Assembly (NCBI RefSeq): GCF_009914755.1
Contig: NC_060946.1
DNA: 64,000 bases
Direction: 5' to 3' (one strand)
DNA from: the human T2T-CHM13v2.0 reference genome, Homo sapiens
Of this stretch, positions 29,294-43,353 are shown one piece after another (positions within the stretch are counted from its first letter, which is position 1; every line of letters begins with the position of its first letter). The translations under genes and the position numbers were made by a program. The notes under the pieces were generated by a model that saw nothing but the letters and a program-made list of their open reading frames with translations, did no database searches and was not told the origin of the DNA.

Positions 29294-30442
29294 TTAAAGC
29301 ACCTACAACATGCCAGTTTACGCCTGGCATATTTTGAAGAGTCAGCAAACTTCAGAGGTTGTTTATATACTGCCAGTAATGAGCTGTAAAATATCCATTT
29401 TCTTTCCCTCTCTTTTCTTCCTCTCCCACCTCCTCTTCCTCCTTATCCTCCTTATTTCTGCATCTCTGAGAGTCTAGATCTGGCTATGATTCTCTTAAGT
29501 CAATAGTCCTGACAGCTGAAGTTACTGAGAATATTTTCCCTCTATGGTGTGATTATACCTAGTGGTCGTTTGGTTATAATGATATGCTGTCTCCCTGTTA
29601 ATTTTCATGGTGGACGCCTTGCAAAATAGTATCACATCACAATTTGTAAATACATTGCTGGGCATATTCTAAGTATTTGACAACTCCTGCATAGCTGAGA
29701 GATATAATATTTTTCATTCTGGCCAACCCTGTCTGGGACCTTAAATTTGTAGGGGGTTTTATAGCTCATATATTTCTAAACTCATGCCTCCCAACACCCT
29801 GGTGAGGCAGGCCTAGCAAATACTGACGGATACACCAGTCAAATGACAGAAGTCTGTACAACTTGATGTAGCTTTTCTCCAGGAAGCCCCCTTTGCTCTA
29901 ATCTTCACCAAAGTCTTCTAAAGTCATAAATGCTTGGTGTATAGATTCTTTGTGGTAGAACCTCAAGAATGGTGACTGTTCTATTTGCTGTTGATGGGTG
30001 GATAGATAAGAAAATCAGGGGCCAAGGGGCACAACAGACAAGAAGAACGTAACTCTTAACCTGCCTATACCACCTTCAATACTGGCAGGAACTGGGGACT
30101 CCCATGGGTGATGGGATTAGAAGTCATCAAGGCAAAATTAACTTAGATCTCAACAGCTATGGAGGGGCCTCACTGAGGCCTGTATTTCATAAAGAATTTG
30201 TTCTTAATTAAACAACAAAAATAATAAACAGTGTTGAAAAATTCACTTTTCTGAAACATTAGATTAGTTTTAATGTAATGTCTATGATAATATAGCTTTC
30301 ACTCCTTTTCAGTCTAACATGCTTTCTCAAAGTGGGTGAGAGACAGGTGAGAGGCTGTAGTCTGTAAAATTTCACAGAATGCCCAGCCTGTTTTATCTAT
30401 GCTGCCCCCAAGAGAGGATGCTGGATTTGGGAGTCTTTATAC

Positions 30443-31103
30443 CAGCAGTGTCCGATAGAAATATAATGTGAGCTATACATGTAAATTTTCTAGTAGTCAC
30501 AATAAAATACTGATATGGTTTGGCTGTGTCCCCACCCAAATCTCATCTTGAATTGTAGTTCCCATCATCCCCACGTGTCAAGGGAGGGACCCAGTGGCAA
30601 GTAATTGAAACATGGGGGCGGTTACCCCCATGTTGTTCTTGTGAGAGTGAGTGAGTTCTCATGAGATCTGATGGTTTTATAAGGGGCTTTTCCCCCTTTG
30701 CTCGGCACTTCTTCCTGTCACCCTGTGAAAAAGATGCCTTGCTTCCCCTTCACCTTCCACCATGATTGTAAGTTTCCTGAGGCCTCATCAGTCATATTGA
30801 ACTGTGAGTCAATTAAACCTCTTTTCTTTATGAATTACCCAGTCTCAGGCAGGTCTTCATAGCGGTATGAAAATGGACTAATACAAATACAAACAGGTGA
30901 AGTTAATTTTAATAATAATGTTATTTAACCAGATATATTCAAAATATCACTTCAACATGGAATCAATATAAAATATTAATGAAATATCTTGTATTCTTTT
31001 ATCACATTAAGCCCTCAAAATCAGGTTTATGTTTCAATTCAGCTACATTTCAGGTGCTCATTAGCTACATGTGGCTGGTGTCTGCTGAACTGAGATCATA
31101 GCT
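30443..31103 (+). mobile_element. MER33 (hAT-Charlie) split by THE1
   Basis: 'cagcagtgtccgatagaaatataatgtgagc...aaattttctagtagtcaca' resumes as 'aaacaggtgaagttaattttaataat...gctcattagctacatgtggctggtg'. Confidence 0.8.
30511..30885 (+). mobile_element. THE1D-like solo LTR with 5-bp TSD
   Basis: tgatatggtttggctgtgtccccacccaaatctcatcttgaattgtag...ggactaataca; TSD aatac at 30506-30510 and 30886-30890. Confidence 0.93.
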
Positions 31104-32173
31104 CTGAGAGCTGCCTCTGTAAGAAGCAGCCAGGATGAGGTGGTATGAAGCTTTGCATTGGGCTCTATAGTGTCCCTGGGTAGTGAGTCTAATCTCTGAC
31201 CTCTCCTACTTTTCCCTCATGAGGGCATTTTCCTTGTCCACAGAAATGGGTCAGATATCATCCAATGCCTTCCTGACCAGGCTTCACAGGAGACCTGCTG
31301 GTTGGAGGAGAAGTTTGGAAGATACCAGATGTGTACTCCACCTGTCATCTGCCAAACCTGCAGGTAGCCTGAGGGCATTTTTTCAGCACTGCTTCTCTCA
31401 TCTGCACACTCACCTCTGTACATGATCACTCATAGTCTCTGAGACGCTTCCGCTCCCTCTTCCTCCTTCCTCCACTCATTCCTACTTTGAGCGGATGCAA
31501 GAGAAAGGAAGGCACTTGTTATTTCAAATGGGGCTTGACGCAGGCTCACAAAGAGCATAAAACCAAACCATTTTCACAGGCAATCAGACCCAGGCAGTTA
31601 AAACAAACTGAGAACTCCGTTACAGCCCATTACTGTCTGATCCAGGGCTCCCCCGTCTACACATCCCTTGGCTCCTAGAAAAAGGAGTGGGAAAGGGCAA
31701 AGGGAACCCTTTCTGTAGCCAGCTAATAGGCTGAGATCACGGAAAAGGCCCTCACTTCTCCCATCAATCCAAGTGGGAAAGGCAAGTGAACAATTCTCCT
31801 GTGATTTAAATAGATGAAAAGTAAATGATAGTGTTGACAAAGCCCTAAGCAAAGATCCTTTTGGCATTTGATTAGTAGCATGGACCAAAAATGTAGTGTG
31901 TGTGTGAGTGTTTATGTGCGTGCACATGTGTGCATTTGCAGACATGTGTGGTCTCTTCTTCATAACGACATAATATATACATATGTCACATTTAATGGTA
32001 CCGGCAGTCAGGATGAAATAAGGTTCCAGTTTCACATGGGCATTCTGAATATGTCAAATTGGAGCCTCTTCTGCAAAATGAGAATAATAATGCCATCAAC
32101 CACACAGGGATGTTATAAAGACCAAACATAGTAAGATTTGCATAGTTACTTTCTGATTATCTGTCTTTGTTTG

Positions 32174-32225
<52 letters not shown>
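32174..32225. repeat. (TATC)13 tetranucleotide STR
   Basis: 13 perfect TATC (GATA) units. Confidence 0.95.
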
Positions 32226-33790
32226 AATGGAGGAGCGTGGTAAGAACCATACAGGCCTGGTTAATTGAATCACACAAAGACTCCCCCAGGTCCATTTGGA
32301 GACATGAGCATGTTCTAAACCATTGTTCCATGTTCCAAATGCATAGAAATTACAGATGAAATCTTTTACATAATAATAAGAACATGGTTCTCTTCAAAGC
32401 ATTAAAAAAAGAGACCATGGGGGAATCTAGAGTGTTAATCCTGAAACTGAAGTACCATGGTCTGTGAGCATCAGAACCTGCTATGGGTAGTTGGGGCTGG
32501 GGACCTGTTTCCCAGGTGGGGATGAGGACCACGTGCATCCCATGCATGGAAAGAGCTGTACCTTTGTTGCCTATTTGAAGCCAGGCCCTGGACAGCCCAT
32601 GAATTGATACCTTAATAGCTTTGCCTTCCCACTTTACACCATGACCAGGAAGATGCTAGCAGGATGTACCTTGTGGAGACTGGGTCCCTAGTGAGCCTGG
32701 CAGGTGGATGCAGGATTATACCATGTGTGGGAGGCAGGCATCCTCTTACAAGGCCAAGTTTATATGCATTCCAGCGTGGATATTTTCAATCTATTAAACT
32801 TCTCTGTTTAAAGAAAACTATCATATCTTCTCCATCTCTATGTCATTCCCATGAGCTTTAACAGTGAATTCATAATTACAATAATAGTTTTTCATTAATT
32901 TTTCATTGGTGATTTATCATGACCACATAGTATATGCTGGGCAAACACAGTGTAAAGAGACCTAATCCTTCTGGCCAATAATAACAATAGCACAACAAAG
33001 CATTTAAAGTTCACAGCCTACCTGAGTCTCACACCAGCCCTGTGAGAAAAGGCTAATCCTCTGATAGTAAAGAAATGAAGAAACTGAAGCTATGCAAGAT
33101 AAATTAGCTTCCTCCAAATTATGCAGCAAGCAAGTTGTGGGCAGAGGCTAGAACTCGAATCTTCTGATGTCTTGTAAAAGCCCAGAAGCCAACCCCTGAA
33201 AAATACAGCTGGAGTGTGTAAAAACTACAGGGTTTCCTAGAGATGGGACCCCTGTTGGCATAAGGAAGCAAAAATTCTGAAGAATAAGCCTAAGAATGTA
33301 ATATAGGAAGAATATGGGTAAGGGATGAGATACTACTTCACACCCACTAGGATTGCTACAATTAAAGAAAAATTAGCCAATGTTGGCAAGAATGTGAAGA
33401 AATTAGAACCCTTGTGCATTGCTGGTATAAACATCAAATGTTATAACCACTGTGGAAAATAGTTTGGTGGTTCCTCAAAAAGTTAAACATAGTATTACTG
33501 TATGACCCAGTAATTCCACTCCTACATATATACCCCAAGTAATTGAAAACAGGGACTTAAACAAATACATGTGCATGCACGGTTAGAGTAGAATATTTTA
33601 CAATAGCCAAAAGGTAGAAATAATCCAAACATCCATCAATGTATAAATAAATTGTGGTATATCCATACAATGGAATATTATTCAGCCATGAAAAGGAATG
33701 AGGTACTGATACATGCTACAATGTGTATGTATGAACCTCAAAAATATTATGCTAAGTGAAAGAACACAGAAGTGTCACATGTCATATGAC

Positions 33791-34527
<737 letters not shown>

Positions 34528-36118
34528 GGCTATATTTTTATGAGCTATCCAATGTAGAAAGATCCACAGAGACAGAAAGCAAACTGGTGGTTGTCAGAGG
34601 ATTTGGGGAGGGGCAATGGGGGTGACTGCTTAAGGAATATCAGGTTTCCTTTAGGGAAATTAAAATGTTTTGGAACTAGATAGAGGTTGAGGTTATAGAA
34701 CATCGTGAATTATACTAAATGCCGCTGAAGTCTTCACTTTAAAATGGTTAATTTTTTGTTATTTGAATTTTGCCTCAATAGAAAGAAAAGAAACAATAAT
34801 AAAACCGCAGCCACTCTGGCCCCAAAGCTCACAGTCATCTTATTTGGCCACATATATGGTGTCTCTCTCAGTTGGTTCTGATTGTGGAACCAGCACCAAA
34901 ATTGGGCTATCTATGCCAGAAAGAATGGGAGTTAAGTGCAGATGACCTAAAGAGTAACCACTATACGACAAAATGACAAAATTCTTTAAAATTATTTTAT
35001 GTTATCTTTCTTGTCAACAAAGACATTTAGCCAGCTCCCAAAGCCTTCCTAACACATAGTTTCTAAAATGTAACCCTAGGAAAAATTATTTCTTTCCAGA
35101 GTGATTGGCACAGGTTGAGGGGCTGGGAGTTACTTAGGAAGGAGAGGCAGGATGTTAGAAATAAAGACAGTGTAAATGAGGAAGGGATGGGTCCAAAGAC
35201 ATGAGGGAGAGAAACAGAAACAACTGTGTATGTAGCCACACTCCCTGATGGAAAGCAAACTTCTCTCAGATCAAGGAGCATGTCTTATTTATCACGAGAA
35301 GAACCTATTATAGAATCTAATTTATAGTAGGCACTCAGTAAATATTTGCTTAATAAATAAACTATAAAGGAAAATACATTTGGGTTTCACCCTGTTGGCC
35401 TAACTCGTGAATCATCACACTAAGGAAAGGGCAATGCTAATAACTAATTGAAGTCTTTTGTTCAATCAATTCACTTATTCATCCACCCACCCGTCGACCC
35501 ATCCATCCATCCATTCTGTCCAACCATCCGTCCATGTATCCATTCATTCATCTTCTTTCCTTTCAAAATTCAACAAGTTTGTATTGATTGCTCACCCTCT
35601 GCTTCTGCTATTTTAGAATCTGTGGCTACAGATGTGAATAAGATGGTCTCTGCCCTGCAGGGGAATTAGTAGCAAAGCAAGAAGGAGCTGGAGAGGTAAG
35701 CAGAGGCTGGGCAGTGTGGGTCTTGGAGAAGAACAGGGGAGGTCAGGCAAGTGGAGAAGTCCCCTGGCCAACCACAAAAGTAGTCTTGTTATGCTAGGTC
35801 ACATGGGGGAAAACCAGGGAAGCCTCGTTCCTCAATAAGCCCGAGGGACAAGGACAGAGTTAGAAAGGGGAGATAAAAACAGGAAGATCAAAATCCAAAG
35901 AATTTCAGGTATGAAGTAGGGAGTAGATATTAAAGTGGGGGGTGGGGGAGGATTCAAATTAACAGCTATAGTGGAATTGTGGTGCCCACCCTTATCATTA
36001 TTGGGTGCTGGTTATATGGATGAGAGGGTGTATCTGCCTATGTTAAAGGCAAAACTTAGGGTCACCATTCGCTGTGATGACACAACGCGAGTGCCTCTTG
36101 CCTTCAGCTGCCCATGGT

Positions 36119-36724
36119 TGTAAGAACGGTTCCCCAAAGATGTCCACACCCTCATCCTTAGAACCTGTGAATATGTTACAGTACATGACAAAAGGGACTT
36201 TTGCAATTGCAATTAAGTTTATGGGACTTACGATAGGATATTATCCTGAATTATGAGTGGGTCTCATCACATGAGCTCTTAAAAGCAGAGAAAGGGTTGG
36301 GGTAAGAAATATGAGACAAGAAGAGAATTCAGAAAGCTTTGAAGCACAAGAGGGACTCACCTGCTTTTGCTGGGGGAGGAACAGTTGGAAAGCATGAGGA
36401 GAAATGTGGGTGCCTTCTAGGTGAAAAGACTGCCCCTCAGACAATAGCCCGCTAGGATACAGAGACGTCAATTTGATAACCACAAGGAACTGACTTCAGC
36501 CAGTCACCTGATTGAGCTTGGAAGTGGATTCATTCCCCGGAGGTTCCAGGAAAGAACAAAGCCTTTCTGACACCTTTGTTTCAGCATCGTGAGACTCCAA
36601 GCAGAAACCCCAGCTGAGTTGCACTTACCGGACTTGGCCTACAGAACTGTGAGATAAGTGGGTGTGGTCTCAAGCTGGTAAATTTGTAGTAATTTGTTAT
36701 GGGAGCAATAGAAAATGAATATAC
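36119..36724 (+). mobile_element. MLT1D/E-like LTR
   Basis: 'ccccaaagatgtccac...gaacctgtgaatatgttac...aaaagggacttttgca' through 'gtaatttgttatgggagcaatagaaaatgaatatac'. Confidence 0.85.
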
Positions 36725-36804
36725 GTCCTGTAACAAGAATTTGTCTCATATCAGGTGAAACGGGGTTCCTCCAAAGCAGAGATTATTTTTTATTGTCCTA
36801 CACG

Positions 36805-37000
36805 CCCTGGAGTTAGACCACCTGGGTTCAAATCCTGTCTCTGACATGCACTGCTGGGTGATATTAGGTCAATTTTTTAATATTTCTGAGTGTGCTTAGC
36901 AATAAGACTTCTGCATCTATCTTATAGGACTGTTTTAAGGAGTGAATGAGTTAACGTTTTAACTTGGAACTGTGCCTGGAACAGAAGAAATTCAGAAAGT
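36805..37000 (+). mobile_element. MIR
   Basis: 'ctggagttagaccacctgggttcaaatcctgtctctg'. Confidence 0.75.
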
Positions 37001-37089
37001 CTTTTATTTCTTTGTGATGATATACCTGGAACACAGTAGGAGCAAGCATTTCATCAATGGCAGATTTTCTTCTTGCAGTGAACACAGTG

Positions 37090-37390
37090 GTTTGACAACT
37101 ATCTCCCCTCTTTGGGGCCAACGTACTCATTCTTCCTGATGTTGGAAGAGTTGGCTGAGGGCAGCTGCCTCACCCAGGGTTGTAGCTCCCTGTCTTTGCT
37201 TGGGAACTGAGCTTGGCTTCCTGGCCTCAATTCAACCTGGCTCTGAAGGGCTATCCCAAGGTCTCTGTTGCGATATCAGGCAGTTCAACTTCTCAGAGGT
37301 GTTGCTCCTGAGATCATTCTCCAAGAAATCTTCTGCATATGCATATCTGTCCCAGAGTTTGTTTCCCAGCGTAACGGATGCAATACACTT
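37090..37390 (+). mobile_element. LTR16-like ERVL LTR relic
   Basis: 'gttggctgagggcagctgcctcacccagg...gtgttgctcctgagatcattctccaagaaatcttctgcatatgcatatctgtcccagagtttgtttccca'. Confidence 0.5.
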
Positions 37391-37789
37391 CTTCTTCTCT
37401 TGCTGTTTTCTTGCTTCTCTTCTTCTTGCCGCTATGATTTGCAGACTATGCACTATGTGCCACTACACTGTTCTGTTTTATAAAGCACTTCTAATCCTAC
37501 AGCTATAAGTCAAGGCAGATATTGTTTGCTCTGTCTTAAAATGAGAAGGTTGAGACATTAAGTAGTGAGTTACTTGCCCAAGATCAAAGAGCTGGCAACA
37601 GGCAATGCCAGGATTAGAATGTGGGGATGTAGGAGAATTCAAAACCAGTGGCTTGCTGTTTATCACATTGAATTGACCAGGTTGCCCTTGGATCAGACCT
37701 TTGGGACGTGAACCCCCTCTTTGCCTGGGCTTGAGTGAGTGTTCCCCTTGGATATAGGGCTCTGAGCTACTTTTGCTGCTTTCCCAAGC

Positions 37790-38095
37790 AGCATCTGCTT
37801 GACTTCTGGGGAGGCCTCAGAAAACTTATTAATTATGGCAGAAGGGAAAAGAGGGAAGCAGGCACATCTTATATGACCAGAGCAGAAGGAAGAGAGAGAA
37901 GCGGGAAGTACTACACACTTTTAAACAACGAGATCTCGCGAGAACTCTACCAGGAGAACAGAACAAGGGGGATGGTGCTAACCAATTTGAAACCACCCCC
38001 ATGATCCAATAACCTCCCACCAGGCCCCACCTCCAGCATTAGAGATTACATTTCAACATGATAATTGGGTGGGGACACAGATTCAAACGATATCA
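37790..38095 (-). mobile_element. MSTA/B LTR (partial)
   Basis: 'ttctggggaggcctcagaaaactta...cccccatgatccaataacctcccaccaggccccacctcca...gggacacagattcaaacgatatca'. Confidence 0.85.
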
Positions 38096-38379
38096 GAGGG
38101 TAAAGCTTCTGTATAACCAGGTGGCATTATCTCTAGGAAATGATATTCTTCTAGGATCAAAACTCTTCTCAGGACCAAGGATCCCTGCCACGTATATCCT
38201 GAGAGCTACCCTTTGGTCAGACAGGTCTGAAAATAGCCAGTGATCAGGTTCATCCTTGTCGCTGGGTCTAGGCTCCTCCAAACTGAGTCTGGACAATACA
38301 CACAGTCCATAAATTTATACCCACATAATCTTTGGGCAGGAGAGTTATAACCTTGAAGACATTATCCTGCTATGTCATG

Positions 38380-38800
38380 CAAGCTAATGTTGGAGAAAGC
38401 TTTATGTTCAAGCATGTACATCGCAGCGTTATTTATAGAAGCAAGAGAACGAGGAAACCATCTAAATATGCAGCATGTAGAGTACTGCTAAATAAATGTG
38501 AGCAGATAGTATTCTGTCATAAAAAATCATATTTCCAAGTAATATTTAATGGCCCGGAAAATAGCTCAAAATATATTATTAAGTGAAAAGATTAGAATGG
38601 TAAACTAAACACTTTTCATTGAATTCTGTCACTAATTTTTAATGTACCAATAGGAAAAAAAAAACTGAAGAAATACACCATAATGTTCACAGCCATTATT
38701 TTAAAGAATGTATTGTCTTAATTTTTAATATATTAATATATTTTTCAATTTTGTGCAAATTGTGGGAACCACTTCTATTATCAAGAAAAACAGCCATTTA
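38380..38800 (+). mobile_element. Old L1 (L1ME-type) 3' fragment
   Basis: 'catcgcagcgttatttatagaagcaaga...aaaccatctaaatatgcagca...attaagtgaaaag'. Confidence 0.55.
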
Positions 38801-40564
38801 AAAAGATCCTGTTAAAATCTACATTTTAAAAGGACTTATTTTAGCTTGGCAATAGAATACATTTTGGGTCTTATACTCTAACTCAGTAGAATCCAGGGGG
38901 TTTGAGCATTTCTTTTTCAGGTTTTTACAATTTAAAATCTGCTCAGTGTGTCTGGCGTGTTTTGTGCTTGGTTTCAGTCAGTAGTTCATGGCATTAGATG
39001 GCTACATATCTAAAGCATCCAGATTGCTTCTGATTACTGAGCATGCTGTTAGGATATTTTATGTGCCATTCTTTACCAGCTTTTTTTTTTTTTAAGAAGA
39101 TGGGAGCAGTGCAATCATTCAAAAAAAAATGAACTTCATAAATACATAGCTCATGCCAGGTACTGGTTTAGATATTGATGATACAGAAATGAATATGTTT
39201 CTTTTTTTAAAGAACTAATAAATTATATTATATATTGTCATTACATTACGTATTAGAATTATGGGTACTCAGAGTGGAAGAACTAGCTGTAGGGTTTCCA
39301 ATAAATACTGCGTGGAGAAAGGGATTTCTGAACCAGGTTTTGAAGGGTAAATAGCAGTTACTGAGGCTGAGAAAAATTGAGAGATGGTCATTCTAGGAAA
39401 AGGTAGTACTCTAGACAGAAGGGCAAGGTTGTGGAGATACAGGATGTCTCAGGAAAATTTGGGAAACTGATGAAATATATGCAGGGAGAGTAAGGTGGGC
39501 CAGATTAGGAGGACTGGAATGTTGTGTTAAGGAATTCATGATTTGGTTTTTGAATAAAATGGGAAGTGTTGGATAATTTCAGTGGCAGTACAGACAATAA
39601 ACTGGTTAGATGATTCAGGGATCCAGCATAAATACATTTACTTTCTAACAGGCTGATGAACTGAATTGACAGAAACACCCTAATGGGCCACAGTACAATT
39701 ATTTATTAGCATATATCCCATGTACTCAGCCATGGTTTAGACACTGTGAATAATATATACAAGTTAAAAATATTCCTACTAAGTACATTTATAGCTTTTC
39801 AAATACAGGACACAGAATAGGAATGAACATATTAAAAAACGAATATTATTGTGAGACAAGACCAAAATATGTGTCTTAACTATGAAATACTGAAAGAACT
39901 GAGAGTTCTAAGATCCTTCCACAATGTCAGTACAATTTATAGTATAACTGTATGGGTGGATTCCTGTTTCCAGTAGTGGTAGACTAGGCCATATAGACTG
40001 CCCAGCAACCTTGGAGGCTTTATGTTTTGGGTTTTCAGAGTGGTAGCAAGTTCTTTCATCAATCTGTGTGGAGTTGGGGTAACTTGGCATAAAGGAATGT
40101 CTCTGAGAAGCTGGACCTGCTTTACCTTGAAAGGAGGAAAAAACAAGTGACTTTGTAGGGTGTGTGTATGTGTGTGTGTGTACGTGCATGAATAATGCAA
40201 TAATTAAAAGAGTAAATGTTGCATCCGGACTGCCTAAGCTCAAGTTCAAGTTTTGGCACATACCAGTTCTGTAAGCTTGCAAATTTCATCTCTCTCTGTG
40301 CCCCAGTTTCTTTATAAAGTAGGGATGCTAACATTGGCCTCATAGGATTGCTATGAGGATTTACTCTAAAGCACTTAGAATGGTGCTGGGCTCATGTGAA
40401 ATAATTGGCAAGTATTAGTAATTACTGATACTAAGGTTCATGATCATTTGCTGATGAGCCAGGGAGTCAGAAAGGAAAAGCCTTAACAAGGATATGTGGC
40501 CATGAGGAAAATACTGGGAAGAAAAGGGTCAGGGGGCAGGGGCCCTGGGTCTGAGCATCATTGC

Positions 40565-40710
40565 TCCCTCCTCCTCCTTTCCTCACTTCCTTCCTCCCTC
40601 TTTACTTTCCTTTCTTCCTCTGTTCCTCCCTTTCCCCTTCCCTTCCTTCCTTCCATCCTTCCTCTCTCCCCCCTTCCTTCCTCCTTCCCTTCCCTTGCTC
40701 CCTCCCTTCC
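40565..40710. repeat. Polypyrimidine (CCTT/CT-rich) tract
   Basis: About 145 bp that is almost entirely C/T. Confidence 0.85.
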
Positions 40711-41403
40711 ACAATTATTTGCTGAGTGACACCATGTGCCAGATACTCATCTAGCTATTATGAAATTGCAGCAAACAAAACAGTTACAGAACTGCCCTCA
40801 GAGTCCTTATCTTCTAGTGAAGGAGACAGACAAACACATCAATTCAATGCCAGGTGGCATTGCCTGCTATGAAGAAACGTTAGATGGACTGGATGTGAGA
40901 TTTGTTTCTTGAGAATGATCCCAATCTTGGCATGGAGTAAAGAAAGTGCTAGGCCAGTGGAGAGACAGGTCTGCTGTGGGGGACAACATGGGAGTGTCCG
41001 GGAGCTGTCCTGGATTGGACAGCCAGCCCTGCACTGCAGCCCAAGGATGCCTCCCCAGTGCAATCTCATCATCCACAGCAGCGTCACCCTTTGCTTTCAG
41101 ATCTTGTACATCAGGCATCTTGGAATCTCAGGATGGGGGATATCACCATGAGTTTTGAGACTTTGCCGACCATCTCCCAAGAACGAGTAATCAACATCCT
41201 GCATGCTTGGAGTCTTCACACCCCAGAGGACCAACTGCCATGTGCAGATGCCTCCCAGCAACACCCAGGGCATTTATGAGCTAATGTAGAAGACCACCAG
41301 ATACCAAGTGGAATGGGGCAGAATGGACCATTATTTATTTTGAGAGTAAAATCCAGGCATGTGAGAACACTCTCTATCCCCTAGCACACTGGGAACAGAG
41401 AGT

Positions 41404-41678
41404 GTGATGATTAATTTTTTGTGTCAGCTTGGCTAGGTCACAGTACTCAGATACCTGGTAAACATGCTGTGAAGGTATTTTGTAGATGAGATTAATGTTT
41501 AAGTCCGCAGACTTTGAACAAAGAAGATTGCCTCCACAATGTGGGTGGGCTTCATCCAACCCATTGGATGAGCTTTAAGAGAAAAAAGACCTCCTTCAGG
41601 AGGAGAGGATTCTTCCTGTGTCTGACTTTAAACTGGAACTGCAGCATCAACTCTTCCCTGGGTCTCCAGGCTGCTGGC
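41404..41678 (+). mobile_element. MLT2B/C-like ERVL LTR 5' part
   Basis: 'tgtgatgattaattttttgtgtcagcttggctagg...aatgtgggtgggcttcatccaa...ctcttccctgggtctccaggctgctggc'. Confidence 0.85.
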
Positions 41679-42101
41679 AACTAATAAAAAGGAGGACAAA
41701 CACCTCTGTCCTCTGTTACTTCTGGCTAACTCTCATTCATATCCTTCAGGATTCAGCTCAGGTGTCACCACCAAAGTGATGTTGTCACTGGAGTCTCAAC
41801 CTGGGTTAGATGCATTTTCACACTCTGTAATAATTGTATCTATTTCTTGGACAGTTAGGATCACCTCATATTCATATTCATATGCCTAATGCCTAGGAGA
41901 GATCCTGGCCTCTAGGGAGAAGCTCACTAAACAAGATGACAACATGAATGCAATGACTGCTCAGGGCAGCAGCTTTGTCTCAGTCATCTCAAAATATGCC
42001 TAGTACCCTAGTATTGCTAGTCTTTCACTACATTTTAGCTGAACCAGACTAAACTACCCAAGCCATCCCTAAAGGTGGCTGGTTGTACATGAGAAAGGAT
42101 G

Positions 42102-43037
42102 TATTATGGGTTGAACTATGTTCACTCAAATTCATATGTTAAAATCCTAACCCCCAGGACCTGTGAATGTAACTTTATTTGAAGATACTGTCTTTACAGA
42201 AATAATAACCAAGTGAAAACGAGGTCATCAAGGTGGTTGCTAATGCAGTGTGACAGGTATTCTTATAGAAAGGGGAAAATTGGATACGGAGAGATGCACA
42301 GAGGGAAGACAATGTGAAGAGATAGATGCCAGCTGTTTGAGTCAGGGTTCTCCAAAGGGACAGAAATAATAGGATAGATGTATATTTGAAGGGGAGCTTA
42401 TTAGGAGTATTGACTTACATGATCACAAGGTGAAGTCCCACAGTAGTCCGTCTGCAAGCTGAGGAGCCAGGAAACCAGTCCAAATCCCCAAACCTCAAAA
42501 GTAGGGAAGCTGATAGGGCAGCCTTTAGTCTGTGGCTGAAGGCCCAAGAGCCCCTGGCAAGTCACTTGTGTAGGTCCGAGAGTCCAAAAGCTGAAGAACT
42601 TGGAGTCTGATGTTCGAGGGCAGGAAGCATCCAACATGGGAGAAAGATGGAGGCCAGAGACTCAGCAAGTCTGCTTTTTCCATGCCTGCTTTTATGCTAG
42701 CAGCTGTGATTAGATGGTGCCCACCCAGACTGAGGGTGGATCTGCCTCTCCCACTCCACCAACTCAGATGTTAATCTCCTTTGTCAACACTCTCACAAAC
42801 ACACCTAGGAACAATACCTTGCATCCTTCAATCTAATCAAGTTGACACTCAATATTAACCATCACACCAGCCAACAAGGAGAGAAGCCTGGAACAGCTCT
42901 TTCCTTCACACATTCAGAAGGAGCGCACCCTGCTGACACCTTGATTTTGGACTTTTAGTCTCCAGAACTGAGACAATAAACTTGTTTAAACCACTCACTG
43001 TGGTATTTCATAACCACAGACCTAGTAACCCAAGACA
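42102..43037 (+). mobile_element. MLT1B-like LTR split by MLT2A
   Basis: 'tatgggttgaactatgtt...aaattcatatgttaaaatcctaacccc' resumes as 'ccctgctgacaccttgattttggacttttagtctccagaactgagacaataaa'. Confidence 0.85.
42334..42866 (-). mobile_element. MLT2A (HERV-L LTR, MLT2A2-like) with 5-bp TSD
   Basis: tg...agtcagggttctccaaagggacaga...aatattaaccatcaca; TSD ccagc at 42329-42333 and 42867-42871. Confidence 0.92.
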
Positions 43038-43242
43038 GGGTATACCCCTACCACCAAATGCTTCTTTTTCAGTTTACCCAGTTATCCAGCCACCCGTGTA
43101 GCTCTTTCCAGTTCTTTAATATTTAGGGAAGAAGTGAATCTTTAAGTCACTGAGATATCACAAAATCTTGACTATCTTGTTTCCTGGGCTTCCTTACTTC
43201 CTAACACAACTGGAAAGTGAACTTTCTCTGAGCATGCCACCT

Positions 43243-43353
43243 GGCACATAATAGGCATCCCATAAGCACTGGATGACTGAGTAAATAAAACACGTTGTGT
43301 TCATGATTTATTCACTCATTCAGCCAGTGCTTATGGGATGTCTACCATGTGCC
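43243..43353. other. Inverted repeat / hairpin from tail-to-tail L2 3' ends
   Basis: 43243-43289 versus the reverse complement of 43307-43353: 41/47 identical. Confidence 0.85.

Noticed and set aside
37232-37453. 73-aa minus-strand ORF
   Set aside because: Overlaps an LTR16-like relic and a CT-rich tract; no homology recognised
41085-41330. Possible splice acceptor (ccctttgctttcag at 41100) and exon
   Set aside because: No clear matching donor or coherent reading frame; such motifs are common by chance
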